Positions 37,922 through 49,776 of a stretch of DNA of 64,000 nt are shown piece by piece. The translations under genes and the position numbers were made by a program. The DNA is taken from the NCBI RefSeq assembly GCF_037042905.1, contig NC_087251.1, positions 13,020,001-13,084,000 on the forward strand, in the 5' to 3' direction. Within the stretch, counting starts at the first letter, position 1; the number at the start of each line of letters is the position of its first letter. Under the pieces are notes generated by a model that saw only the letters and a program-made list of their open reading frames with translations, made no database searches and was not told where the DNA came from. The DNA is from Lytechinus pictus. Taxonomy: Eukaryota.

Positions 37922-38460
37922 AGGAAACCAAAACCCAGAAAGAAAAGCAATCTTATTGGAAAGAGTAAAACAAGAGGAACAATTTAAAACAAGTTTCATC
38001 AAAATCGGTTATGAAATAGGCAAGTTATGGACGTTTAAAAAGTCTTGTTGTACTTTCTATGGGGATACTCAAATTGGCAAACATGCTTCAAAATGGCTGA
38101 TTTTGTGGACAACCCTCCATTTGTTTTGTAGGCTACACAAATTTTCAGATTTTCCCATTTATTTTACATCATTTCCTCCTGACCTTGACATATGTGGTGT
38201 GAATTATATTTTCCCATGACATATATTATGCTCAGAATGAGGCAATTTGTAATTTGAAAGATAATGGGGGAAATCTGAAAAATTATCGACAAAACAAATG
38301 GAGAGTTGTCCACAAAATCAGCAATTTTGAAGCTTGTTTGCCAATTTGAGGATCCCCATAGAAAGTACAACAAGACCTTTTGAACGTCCATAACTTGCTT
38401 ATTTCACAACCTGTTTTAAGTTGTTCCTCTCATTTTACTATTTTTAATAAGATTGCTTCT
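37922..38460. mobile_element. Long-IR MITE with ttaa|agg left end (Kolobok-like)
   Basis: Inverted arms of about 180 bp (gttatggacgtt..gtcttgttgtactttctatggggat..caaattggcaaaca.gcttcaaaat / reverse complement). Confidence 0.75.
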
Positions 38461-38707
38461 CTTAGAACCTGTCACCTAAATGGGTTTTTTTTTATACTGA
38501 TTCTGGTACAGATGTATTCAATTATCCCCACTGATCAGACACAATTGTATTGCACTTTATCTCATCAAACACTCACTTGATGTTTTAATTGACACTTCAA
38601 ATGTCTCTTTTTTCTGTACCTCATACATGTAATGATCACAAACATTAATTCTTATTACAATACATCATTATTAATTTGTTATCTTTTTTTGTCTTTTCTA
38701 CCAACAG

Positions 38708-38748
38708 TTCCAAGGATGTCAAAGAAGAAGTAAAGGAGGAAAAGATGG
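38708..38748 (+). CDS. TADA2B: TADA2B small linker exon: (D)SKDVKEEVKEEKM(D)
   Basis: Strong polypyrimidine tract plus caacag|, |gtaat donor; 41 nt, phase 2 to 1. This is the phase change needed to join the 13230 donor to the 48519 acceptor. Confidence 0.82.
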
Positions 38749-39739
38749 GTAATTATAAAATTCTCACATTTATTGCTGAATTCTACATCTATCCACAATT
38801 TTCATTAATTTTGTTCTTTCCTCATACTTTTCTTCATAAAGTTCATTGCTAGTCAGCATTCATTGTCTTCAATTTAAAATTTGAAATGTCAAAACAATAG
38901 AATAGATTTGATGCACCTACAAATAGCATGGCTTTTTAAACCCATTATTCTGGCCAATAAAATAATAGTCAATGAATGTTGATTACCACTTTATAAATTT
39001 TGGTGTTTTTTTTTCTATGTTTAAATTATTCTCCTGTGTACTTATTTGCTATTCATTTCATCTCATTGATGCTATGTCAGGTATGTATAGGTGAAATATA
39101 AGACCAATTATAGCAGTGCTAGAACAACTCTACCTAGATATAACAATCATAAAATTCAATGTTTAGCTTCTTTCCTTCCTTCACAGAATTTGATCAGAAG
39201 GAAATACAAACTGTACTTTTAGCTCACAGATTGAAAAAAAAAAAGATCCATTGCTCTGAATGAACATGTTCACAGCTATTTCTGATTTCATGAAAGAAAA
39301 AGAAGTCCCAAATTAGATTGTAGTTGGTATTGTATTTAGATTCTTTTTTGAAATATATTTACTCACACTTGACTGGCAGGCTCCTGGAATGGTGCCCATG
39401 GCAAGCTGGGTGTTGAAAAGACAGAGCGCGGCGCTCGACACCTTTCGCCGGAAAGCAATAAATTAAATCGCATCCAACGGTGCATGGGAGAACATTCGCT
39501 GCTAATGTTGTTGCTCTCAAGATAAGTGCTGTTTCACGAAATGTGACATTTGTAAATGGATTCATGTTTCGCTGTTTCAAAGGAAAGAACTCGAGGCAGC
39601 TTAAACTCAGGGTTAGTACAAGCATGAGATGTAGGGGCCATTGACCAGTGTGCTAAGCGATATAGCAAATAGGTAACAAAAAATCCAAACTGCTGATTTT
39701 TAGGACTGTGTACAAACCCTCTGGATACAAAATAACACT

Positions 39740-40140
39740 ACACACTTTCTTTTTTTTTTACTATTCTCTTCATTACTGTATATGTCATTTCATCCTCTTT
39801 TTCTCCTATTTATTCTCCTTCTGTCTTTTCCCACTTCTTCTCTCAATGGTTTTGTTCTTTTCCCTATCATCTCACTGCATCAACCACTTCTCCCCCCATC
39901 TTGTCTGTACCCCCTCTTTACCTTTACCCCACCCCACCCCATTTTATTTTTCTCATTGTTTCTGTTTACCTCATCATATATTTGTCTCTCTTATTCTGTT
40001 TACTCTTTTTACCTCATGCTCCTCCCCCTCTCTCTCTGTCCTAATCACTCTCCCTCTTTCTTTCGCTCACCCCCCTCTCTCTCTCTTGATCTATTATACT
40101 CTCCACTTTTTCTAACTATATTATCAATATTCCCATCCTC
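39740..40140 (+). repeat. C/T-rich low-complexity tract
   Basis: Seen directly; it explains track ORFs 39708 and 39782. Confidence 0.8.
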
Positions 40141-40689
40141 CTACAACCACCATTTATGTTATAGTGACCAATCTATCCTTTGAACGAGAAACTCTTGAGG
40201 TATTTGAACGTTGAGGTTAACATGGGTCATGTGTTAAAAAGCGCTGGATCAGGGTAGAAAATGGGGTTTGCAGAATATCCTGTCAACAGCTGGGGACTTT
40301 GATGCATTCACTGCAAATCCATTAGGATATGATAAAAACAATAGGGAAAGAGTTTATACGTGAAAAGTATGGAAAATATTTTCGGTTTTTAAGCCTCCAA
40401 TAATAGATAAGCATATTGTATCTCGACACTATTATGTTTTAATCATGTGTGAAATTGCCTGTAATTGAACCAATGTACATTTAGGTATTTGAGTCTAGAT
40501 CTTCTGATTAAATCTCATAATCAAAATCTGAATCTAGTTGATACATGGGTCTTTAACCCCTAATTCTGTCTTCTATATTTGCAAATACCTTTCAGCATCA
40601 TGCTTGGATATTCTCAAAACATTCCTTGTGATAGACACAACCTTTAACAATACTAATACTATCATCATAGAGATACGCTTGTCCTGTCT

Positions 40690-41419
40690 TAGCCTATAAT
40701 CTAGGCAGAGGCTGCAGTTATTGTCTTTGCTGTTATGCTGAACGCAAGAGATACGTCTGATCTGGCGAGACTACGCATTTGTTGCTGCGAAGCAGCCACC
40801 GCCTATAGACTCCCGTCTTGCTTTGGATGTTGTTTTTTTATTATCGACTTTGAAATGACATAAGTTTTACGTACGAAAAATTATCATGAATATGTATGAG
40901 AAGAAATAAATTGGACCAATCAGAAATACGTTGGAAAGAAGAAGGTAATGCATATAAGTCACGTGACATGACGTCACTTTCTTTATCCACAATGGCGAGT
41001 ATGAGTACACGCGAGAAACTTCTGCGAGAGTTTGGATTATGCTGCCGATAAACTCCGCATTCCTAGTGGAAAATTCCGAGACCTTTATGAATCTACCATT
41101 CGTAGCATTATTGACAACGGGAGGGATGTGGAAAAGCGAAATCTACCAGGCAATCCCTCTGTGAAACGATAATATCTTCGCTTTTATGATCTCAATTCGT
41201 TGGCACACGACAGCAATATAGGTACCGGTACGGATCCCGGTACCACAACACGTCAAACGACGAGATGAATACATGAATTTTGATAGGGCAGACGGGTGTC
41301 TATAGGCGGTGGATGCTTTGCATCCACAAATTCGTAGTCTTCGCCAGATCAGCCGTATCTCTTGCGTTCAGCATAACAGCAAAGACAATAACTGCAGCCT
41401 CCGCCTAGATTATAGGCTA
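40690..41419 (+). mobile_element. Non-autonomous DNA transposon, AcademH-like (TAG...CTA ends, TIRs of about 130 bp, 9-bp TSD, RecQ-like helicase remnant)
   Basis: TSD gtcctgtct (40681-40689 and 41420-41428); TIR tagcctataatctaggc.gaggctgcagttattgtctttgctgttatgctgaacgcaagagatacg; internal frameshifted ...IRSIIDNGRDV / KSEIYQAIPL. Confidence 0.8.
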
Positions 41420-43697
41420 GTCCTGTCTCCATCAGTCAAAATTTTTGAACTATTCTGATACTTATGATTTAGCACATTATCCAAATTAGAGCAATATCAA
41501 AATAATTTATACTGGAAATGAACATACAAATAGCCAGTATTTTGGGATTTCCTATTAAAATTAGAGTCGATATCATACAGGAATTTTTGTCAAAAAGTTG
41601 CTATATTTAATGAATCATCAAGCCAGTAACATGCACTTAGGTTTAATATGGCAGAGAAGAATTCATTCATGGTACTATACCATCTTACGATTCTTACGCT
41701 ATTCAGACTTGGAGTCCAAAATGAGCATGCTCTGTCGCCATGATCAAATTTTAAGCTTCAGTGAGAGTGCCTCCATTTGATGAAGATGTAGTTTCTTGAA
41801 TCTTCAGATTAATCTATAAGAAAGCTGATTGGGCAAGCATATTAAAATTATGCCAATTGAGGCTGATAGAGAACTATCTACATTTGTTCTATGGCATTGA
41901 GAACATACATTTGGAGATAATTTGCATCCTTCTCTCTCCCTTCTCTTCATTCAATAGTATCCCATAAAGACCCAATCCAGTAAAATCCACCTTTTTTTCC
42001 CCATGACACATTTATACATTGTATAGCTTTTACAATAGTTGTTTGGAACACATTATCAGCAAAGCTTTTTGATGAAGATAAATACTAAATAAGTTTCTAT
42101 TACCCTTATTTTCCAACTACCCAATCAGTTTGAAGGGTAAATGCATTTTATTTTCCTTTTCTCCTGTTTTCATGGGAGAAATAACTTGTTTTTATCAAGG
42201 TACCACTGTACCCCCTTTTATTTCCTGGATTAAACGAAGCATGGGCTGTGCTATGTCATGCACAATTTAGCTCAAGAATATTGCGATTAAGGGTTTAATA
42301 AAGGATAGTATAATAAACCATTATCCTCATTGCTTTGAAATCAACGGTATTTATTTTATGTCGATTTTATATTGATGAGGTATTTTCTGCAATTTTAAAC
42401 ACTTTTGAGCCTGTCCTTGCATCCTAAGGTCAAGATATAAAGGGTAAACTATTAAAAAGCAGAGCTTGTTATTCATAGTTTCCCTATGAATAAGTATTGA
42501 CAAATTATCTTAATATCAATATGTCTTAGAAAATTTTAGAAAGCTTGATCTGCTTGTGATGAATATCAGTTTCTTGTTCAATATCTTAAATGCTATCATC
42601 ACTGCTCATTTGATTAAATTTTCATAAGGAAAATTTGATATAAACTCAATTTTTTGTTTTATTCTAATACATATATAATATTTCTAAAAAAGTCAACCAA
42701 AGGGTCCTTATACCAATAATGTCACATTTTGAGTAGTTATAATGAAAATAGAAGAAAAAAATCTGACTTAACTTTGAGAGAAATTATATATTTCAAAGAT
42801 ATGACCAGGCTTGTAGTCAGTTCAGGTGTATGCTGCAGGATTATTGATATATTTCCCATTTAAGGATTACAGCTATACAATTCCCCAACTTCATGACTCA
42901 ATGAAATATATTAATATAAGGTTGGCGTATAGGATTACATTAAATGGGGTTTTATTTAGCCAACTAAAAAAAAGACGACAAGATCAAAAGTCGGGCAATC
43001 ATGCATAAATTGCGTATATTTATGAACCAACAAAAATTGATAATTCAACCTTTCCACCTCATGCTAGAGGCAAAGAAGACATCATTCATTCTGAATAAAG
43101 AGAGGTGTAATAATGTGGTTGACATATGAGATGGAGAGACAAATTAAGATGCACGGGGAAGACTAAGTATGCATCTCGTTGTCCTTTGCACTTCGAGGTA
43201 GGAAATAAAGAGAGGGAAAAGAGGGTTTTTAGGGCATTGGCCCAGTAACATTTCGGAGCAATTTTGTGACAAATGGAGAAATAATGTCTGCCCTTTTCCC
43301 CTGGAGATACTAGCCATCTTGACGAAGCATTGTTCATACGGGACCTGGCATGCACCTACATGTATGGAGAAAAATGCATTGGAAAAAAATTGTTAAAGCG
43401 TTTAGGCCTGAATTCACAAAATGGTATTAAAACATGTATTTCATGTATTAATTAGACTTTATTTAGAGTACAAGTATGTTGAGAAGGGGTCCACTGATGA
43501 ATGCCCTCTTTTGTCACAGGTTGCTTGATTCATGCTACTTGTTATGATTTGAATCCAATGTTCATGTATAGTAATTTTCATAAATGGTGCATTTATTAAT
43601 TCAAAATTGTGTAAATTGTGTGCTTATTAATGCTCTAACCTTGGAACAAAATTGATGTAAAGTCACCACCCAGTGATAAAAGCAGGTGTTTATTATT

Positions 43698-43915
43698 GGG
43701 TTTCCATGACTTTTGCTCTGGCGACAATTGCTCGGATGAATAACCTGCATGTTAAACCAAATATCAAACCCAACTTCCAAAACTAAAGACACCCTAATCC
43801 TAATTTGAACATGATTCTGAACTGAAAATTCTGATACAATCTTAATTCTAACCCTATGCCATCTGGGATTTTAAGACCTGAGCAAATGTCGCTGTAGCAC
43901 ATGTCATGTCACCCA
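43698..43915. mobile_element. Degenerate MITE with ctaacc-like internal repeats
   Basis: catgac.tttgctc.ggcgaca.ttgctc ... gagcaaatgtcgctgtagcacatgtcatg IR. Confidence 0.55.
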
Positions 43916-45359
43916 TTATTGGACCCCTTGTCAATGCACATGCTAAATTAAGCATTAAGTCATACACAAAAATTGCATGCACCAAAGTTTGAATCACTGA
44001 TTCAAACCACTGATTCAAACCACCTATGTGAAATTCAGGCCTTAGTTTCTGAAAAAAGAATAAAACAAGAAGCTTTGAAAATGGAAGTATTTTTGTGTCT
44101 TATTGTTATATCATATACATGTATCAAAAGAAAACACTTTGAACCTGCACTCAATTCATATTGTTTGCTGCATCATTTAGATAGTTTACCGTCTTTTGTA
44201 TAAACCAGGCTTAAATGAGGCAATACAGCTGGATGGTAAGTGACATTAAAGTGGCAAAGAATTAGAGTAATGTAGGGAAATGGGTACGGGGCAGGACTTC
44301 TTTCTCTAGAATCCCATCAATTTATTCTTTTTATAGCCCTCACCAGACGACAAAAAACCTGATGCCTTGAAGAGAGATGGGGGAGATTGATTGAGTAGTC
44401 CGATGATTCTCATACAAATTACTTTATAATCATCTTTCTCTTTTCACTAGTTTTGTGTAGATAATTTTTTCCTGTCTTCATCTCTCTTCTCCGGCATTAC
44501 TTCTGAATTCATGAGCAAATCAACTTTGTTCCCATTTTGGCTCTCTACATTTCATTGTTATTGCCAGAAGAAAAAAATAATTAATGAAATTCTGCATGTC
44601 AAATGCGCTTGTATAATTTTTTTGTTCGAGATTTTTTGGGATGAATTTTTGATAAATTTATTGATATCTACATTGTCTTTTGATTTGAAAAGTAGTGCCA
44701 TGTAAATCATATTGTTACTTGAAATGAGAATTTTCTGTCATAATTTGTCTTTTAAAACATTTCTTATGAACCCATTTATCTCTATGTCTGGAATAAACTT
44801 GGCTAGGGTCTACAGTATGGAAATGTGATGTACCTGAATCAAATTGTGTTTAGCAGGTTAAAATAAAGTCCCTCAAAAGAGAGTTAATTGATCTGTTCAT
44901 GTATATAGCAATAATATCTTGCTCAGATATCTCTAGGGGTTTTGATTTATGGAGAAAATAATTTCACTTAATTCATATTTTGTCCTACTTTTATTTGCTT
45001 AATATAATGGTAATATAGAAATATAATCCATTGTGAGCACATGTCCGCAGTTTGGGTGGGAAGGACGTATAACTTTGTAATAATTCTGAGACCAAGATGA
45101 GATCAGTTATTTTTCAAAACAATTACTCAACCTTTATAAACTGTCAATATTTTGAAACCGAATAAATCTGTTGACAGAAAGCTGTTCACTTCAGAGCAAA
45201 ATATTTTGTCATTTTATATTATTATTCCTTATATGCTTAGTGACAAAAGGAGGAAACTATGATAATATTGTTAATGATAGTTTGTTCTTAGATATTACTC
45301 ACGTCTGTCCAATTTCACACTCGTTGCACTCCACAATTATGTTATGGTGTAGGGTCAGG

Positions 45360-45894
45360 CCCGGGGGGGGGCACTCAGTATATAATGCATAGTGTGTATG
45401 TGCCGCGGAGGGGACCCCCATTTTTACACTCAAATTTCCGTTCCAAAGCATAGCATTTTTGTCTTATTGAGAAAAAGAACAAAGAAAGCCGCTCCAAGGC
45501 ATAGCATTTCCTTCTTATCGAGAAAAAAGAAGAAAGAAATCAGCTCCAAAGCTTCGCATATTTTTCGTTACGCCGTTCCGGTCGCATTGATCTGCTACAA
45601 TTTTGGTGAAAAGCGGCCATATAGCGCTTTTCGACCATCGCCTAAGCGCGAGCGCACCCGGCGGAGGCCGCGCTAGCTGCGTCATGCACGATTGCCCGTT
45701 CCATAGGGATGCATACGCACTCACAGAGATACGGAGATCCGTTCCGAGGACCCCCGTTTTCACAAACATTTGTAGTTCCGAAGCCCGTTCCGAGGACCCT
45801 CCTTTTTACAATAAGCCCGCTCCAAGGCCCCCGTTTTTTGCCTCGCCCGCGGCACACCCCTACCACTTTTTTGGTCGAGTGCCCCCCCTCCGGG
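45360..45894. mobile_element. MITE with CCCGGG/G-run ends and an 8-bp TSD
   Basis: TSD gggtcagg (45352-45359 and 45895-45902); ends cccgggggggggcactc ... gagtgccccccctccggg; CpG-rich interior. Confidence 0.85.
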
Positions 45895-46893
45895 GGGTCA
45901 GGTTTTTTTAGGAAGGTGTTTTCTCTGATGACCTGCTATATCCACTTATAAAAAAACAGTTAATGACATGCTGTACAATGCATATCAGGTGTCAGATGAT
46001 GCTCTACAGCTTCCTTTATTATCTGCTTTGAAATTTTGATTTTCTTAAGTAATTTGGTAGCAATATTTATTTGTTCTCACTTCAATTTTTTGACCTATTT
46101 GAGCCTGTGGGAAAAGCAGCCTTGGCCATGTAAAAAAAAATCTTCCTTAATATTCCTCCTCAAGTCCCTCTGGTAGCTTTCTACAATCCATCTTCCAGCC
46201 CGCCCTACTGCTTCATCATTCCAAGTAGGTCATTGTATCCATGGCAACCTGTTATTCAATGGAGGAAATATAGGAAACTTGTGAACCAACAAGCAAAGAG
46301 AAAGTTGATTTAAACCTACCGCTCTTGCCTGCCTTCCGAGCTCCTGTGTCCACGTTCCGTTCGGTTTTGTCAATTTGATTGACCCAAAAACAATATTTAA
46401 AGGTGACGTCACCGAGATGCAAGATAGGCTGTCGTAGAAACAAGGCCTAACACTAACAGTATTGATCATCTTCAAAATAACTTTTTATCTTTCTCAGTTT
46501 CATTTTAGAGAGTGCTTCATTTTGTCTTAAGTTATGTTATAATTATTTTTTTTTTGACTGTGCACAACCTCAACCTGTCAAGTTGTATTCTTCCTTCGTT
46601 TTGCTCTATTTTTTTGTTGCTTTTTGATATAGATCTCCTTTTATTGAAACTTGTTTGAGCAATCAAGTTAACATTGATGTTTTAATTGATTGATATTGGA
46701 AACAGCAACTCACTTCAGAATGTAATATGGTCATGTTCATGTGTGCATTTTCCCCATTATTTTTTTAATAAAGTCAGAGGAGGAATATGTTTCTGTATAG
46801 CATAATTTAGTAAGATGAAATTGAATTGAATTAAATTACATTTTACCCCTGAACCAATTATTTCTTTATGTTGTATGAATGCTCTTACACCAG

Positions 46894-47194
46894 CAGACCT
46901 GCCAACCAGTACGTTATAGCCCTATTTTTTTGTTTTTTTACTAAATCGTAATTTATTGAGAAAAATAATCTCTATATGTCTCTATTTCATAAAACGTACA
47001 CAAATATGGTTATTAGATCAATGTAATTTCAGGTAACTTTTTTTTTTATCTGCAAGAGCAGTGCGCATTTTAGCTAGATTGCAGTATGAGCGAGTGCGCC
47101 AAGCATTTTATTATGAAATACACTTTTTTGGGGGAAAATAAATTTTTTTAAATCACAGAATACAGTTTTTCATTCCCAGAGGTTGGCAGGTCTG
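46894..47194. mobile_element. MITE with CAG...CTG 14-bp TIRs (hAT-like)
   Basis: cagacctgccaacc / ggttggcaggtctg; no TSD retained. A related end follows at about 47215-47295. Confidence 0.6.
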
Positions 47195-47486
47195 CATATT
47201 TATCTCACACGGTAAAAATACTGATTTTTTTGTCAAAATACTGATTTTGGGGGATAAGAATACTGAAAATGCAAAATACAACTTGGCAGCTCTGCACCAG
47301 GGAATGTTACATAAAGATCTTTAAGGGTACAAGATTTTGTGGCCTTAAAAGCAATTTTATTTCAGATACTTATCTGAAAGGAGAAAACAAAATAATACAT
47401 TATTTTTCTGAATCAAATACAGTTCAATCATTCTCCAGGCGTATTGAAAATCATAAGAAAATAAGTTTCTTACTTTATTGCAGTCT

Positions 47487-47677
47487 TGGTACTGAAACCA
47501 ACTGCATCTTGTTTGAATTCATAACTTTCTAATTTTTTTCTGATTAATTCAAACCTTATCAGGTTCTGAAGTTTGTCACTTTATTACAGTTGTGGTATTG
47601 AAACCGACTCCATCTTGTGTGAATTCATAACTCCCTTAATTTCATTTTATTAATTCAAATCTGATAGGGTTCTGATT
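47487..47677 (+). repeat. Old tandem duplication (about 106 bp x2)
   Basis: ggta.tgaaacc.act.catcttgt.tgaattcataact ... ttaattcaaa ... ggttctga appears twice. Confidence 0.7.
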
Positions 47678-48182
47678 TTCTACTCTCTTTTTGAGAAGTT
47701 GCCTACTCCGGTTGAATATCCAATCATAATCCATGTATATTAGAAACCCATTAGAAAGAAATGTATCAGTTGTGGTAAAGAAATAAGTGGTCTGCGATAC
47801 TCTCAATTACACTAATGCTGTTTGAAAGGATTCTTCAGTATAAGTATGTGGTGAATCCATAGCCATAGAATTTGTAATTAAGACTACTCAATAAGGGGGG
47901 TGTGAGACAGCCCACACTTCTTATACTTCTATCAAAGTGTAATTTAATGCAGTATTTTTAAAATGGGGATTGTTACAGACTACTTTGTTACATGTATGTC
48001 ATTCTATGTTTTGTAGCCTTTTGTCGTTGATACTTCATTTGTTGTTAGAGACATTTGTTCAGGCTTTATCTATGTAAAATAAACCCTTTGTAATGAATGA
48101 TGAGGGGAGTAAATGAACATGGATTGTATAATTCTATTCATTTGAAGAAAAAAATGACACCATGACTTAATTTTTTTTTTTG

Positions 48183-48466
48183 TAATAATAGTCATACTTG
48201 CTTATATCGCTTAACACTTACGGTACTTTATCACAAGTCTCTAAGCGCTCTACAGTAATGCAGCATAATTACCCTGGCTTTAGCAGAACGGCTGTTACGT
48301 GCTCTGTGTTTCAAGGAATAAATTCCTACCGGGTACCCATTCACCACACCTGGGTTGAGTGCAACACAATGTGGGTGAATTAAACTTGCCATGGCTTGGA
48401 ATCGAACCCATGGCCCTCAGATTGAAAGACGACAGTCATAACCACTAGACCACAATTAATGCCCCC
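48183..48466 (-). mobile_element. tRNA-derived SINE (near full length)
   Basis: The reverse complement has A box tggtctagtgg, B box ggttcgattcc, the same gggtacccggtagga core and an L2-like tail. Confidence 0.82.
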
Positions 48467-48518
48467 ACACGATTTTAATAGTAATATTTGTATAATCATT
48501 TTTTACTTGTACTTTCAG

Positions 48519-48592
48519 ATGTTATAGAAGATGAATTTCCAACCCTGAGATCATCCCATGGATTCAACTACATATCGGAGAGGGAAAAGAAG
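48519..48592 (+). CDS. TADA2B: TADA2B exon (start of SWIRM): (D)VIEDEFPTLRSSHGFNYISEREKK
   Basis: tttcag| and |gtgag; 74 nt, phase 1 to 0; matches Ada2b GF..LS.REK. Confidence 0.93.
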
Positions 48593-49031
48593 GTGAGTTT
48601 AGCTTTAATCTATTTTATCAATTCAAAATTTTGATAACACTTGAATTACATAATTCCTGAAATTCAGATTTTCAAAATGCTATAACACCCATGATATTTC
48701 GTATATCAATCATTTTAAAGCCATCTCTCATTTTCTCTTCAGTTTCAAATTTTACAGAAGAATATTAAATGAAATACATTGTATTTGCATTATGAGGTAA
48801 TTGGTCTTTATTATGAAGTGAGCCCTTTTTGTTTCATTATATTTTGTGTAAACCATTTCATATTTGTCATTTAATTTGGTTTTGATTATATTGAATATTT
48901 CTCAAACTACCAATAAGCAAGTATGTCCAGTTCTATGAATGTAGTTGATAGGTACTAGTACTTGCATTAGGTGTACAATAATAACTTATCAGTCTTAGTA
49001 ATCAATATCTTTTTTATTGTTTGATCTTTAG

Positions 49032-49094
49032 CTCTGTTCCTCTATGAAGATGAAGCCAGCGAGATATGTTACTCTTAAAACACTCATCATCAAG
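49032..49094 (+). CDS. TADA2B: TADA2B exon (SWIRM): LCSSMKMKPARYVTLKTLIIK
   Basis: ctttag| and |gtaaa; 63 nt, phase 0 to 0. Confidence 0.95.
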
Positions 49095-49776
49095 GTAAAT
49101 ATTTTTTATTCGTATTTCTCTGTATACAACAGTTAACCTTCCAAAAAATCAAAAACTTCATCTTGTTCATGTGTATTTTTTGGAGGAGGGGGCATTAGGA
49201 TATTAATCAAAGTTTGTCTAATTTTAAAAATCAAATGATATTTGATCTTTGTAAGGTTTAACACATTTATATCATGTACTGTATGTATTTCCAGATGACG
49301 TGTGTAGTAGTTAGAATATCAAAGTTGATGTAAAATTCAGTCCATAATCACAAGTTGCCCCTCCTCCTTCCTCAACAGAAAGAAATTATTGCAATATTCT
49401 TCCAGTTATAGTCAAGTGAATACTCAGGGGATATCCACTTTAGTATGCTATCTTGTTGAAGTATACTGCTAATTTTGCAAATCAAAATATCTTAATGTTA
49501 ATTATTGTTCTTAGGACTGTCACTGTATGACTAGAAGGAAGTATTTCACACCATCTTGAATAATTTTCTTGTGTATTTTATAAACTTATGGAGAAGGTCC
49601 CCTGTCTGCAATTCAAATTATCAATTTTAATGTGTTGCCTAGTATGTGTTGAATGTCATGAAGTACGCTTAGACTTTATTAGACCCCTGGGATATGTATT
49701 GAAATCATATTTTGACAGAAACTTTTCCGCATTGAAACTTATTCCTCGCCTCCTTCTCTCCATTCCTCCCTCCCAG

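Noticed and set aside
45392-45951. Cluster of overlapping GC-rich ORFs or a CpG-island promoter
   Set aside because: It lies within a TSD-bounded MITE.
13231-48518. Nested protein-coding gene in the giant introns
   Set aside because: No chain of phase-compatible exons or recognisable domain was found on either strand by eye. Short exons could have been missed.
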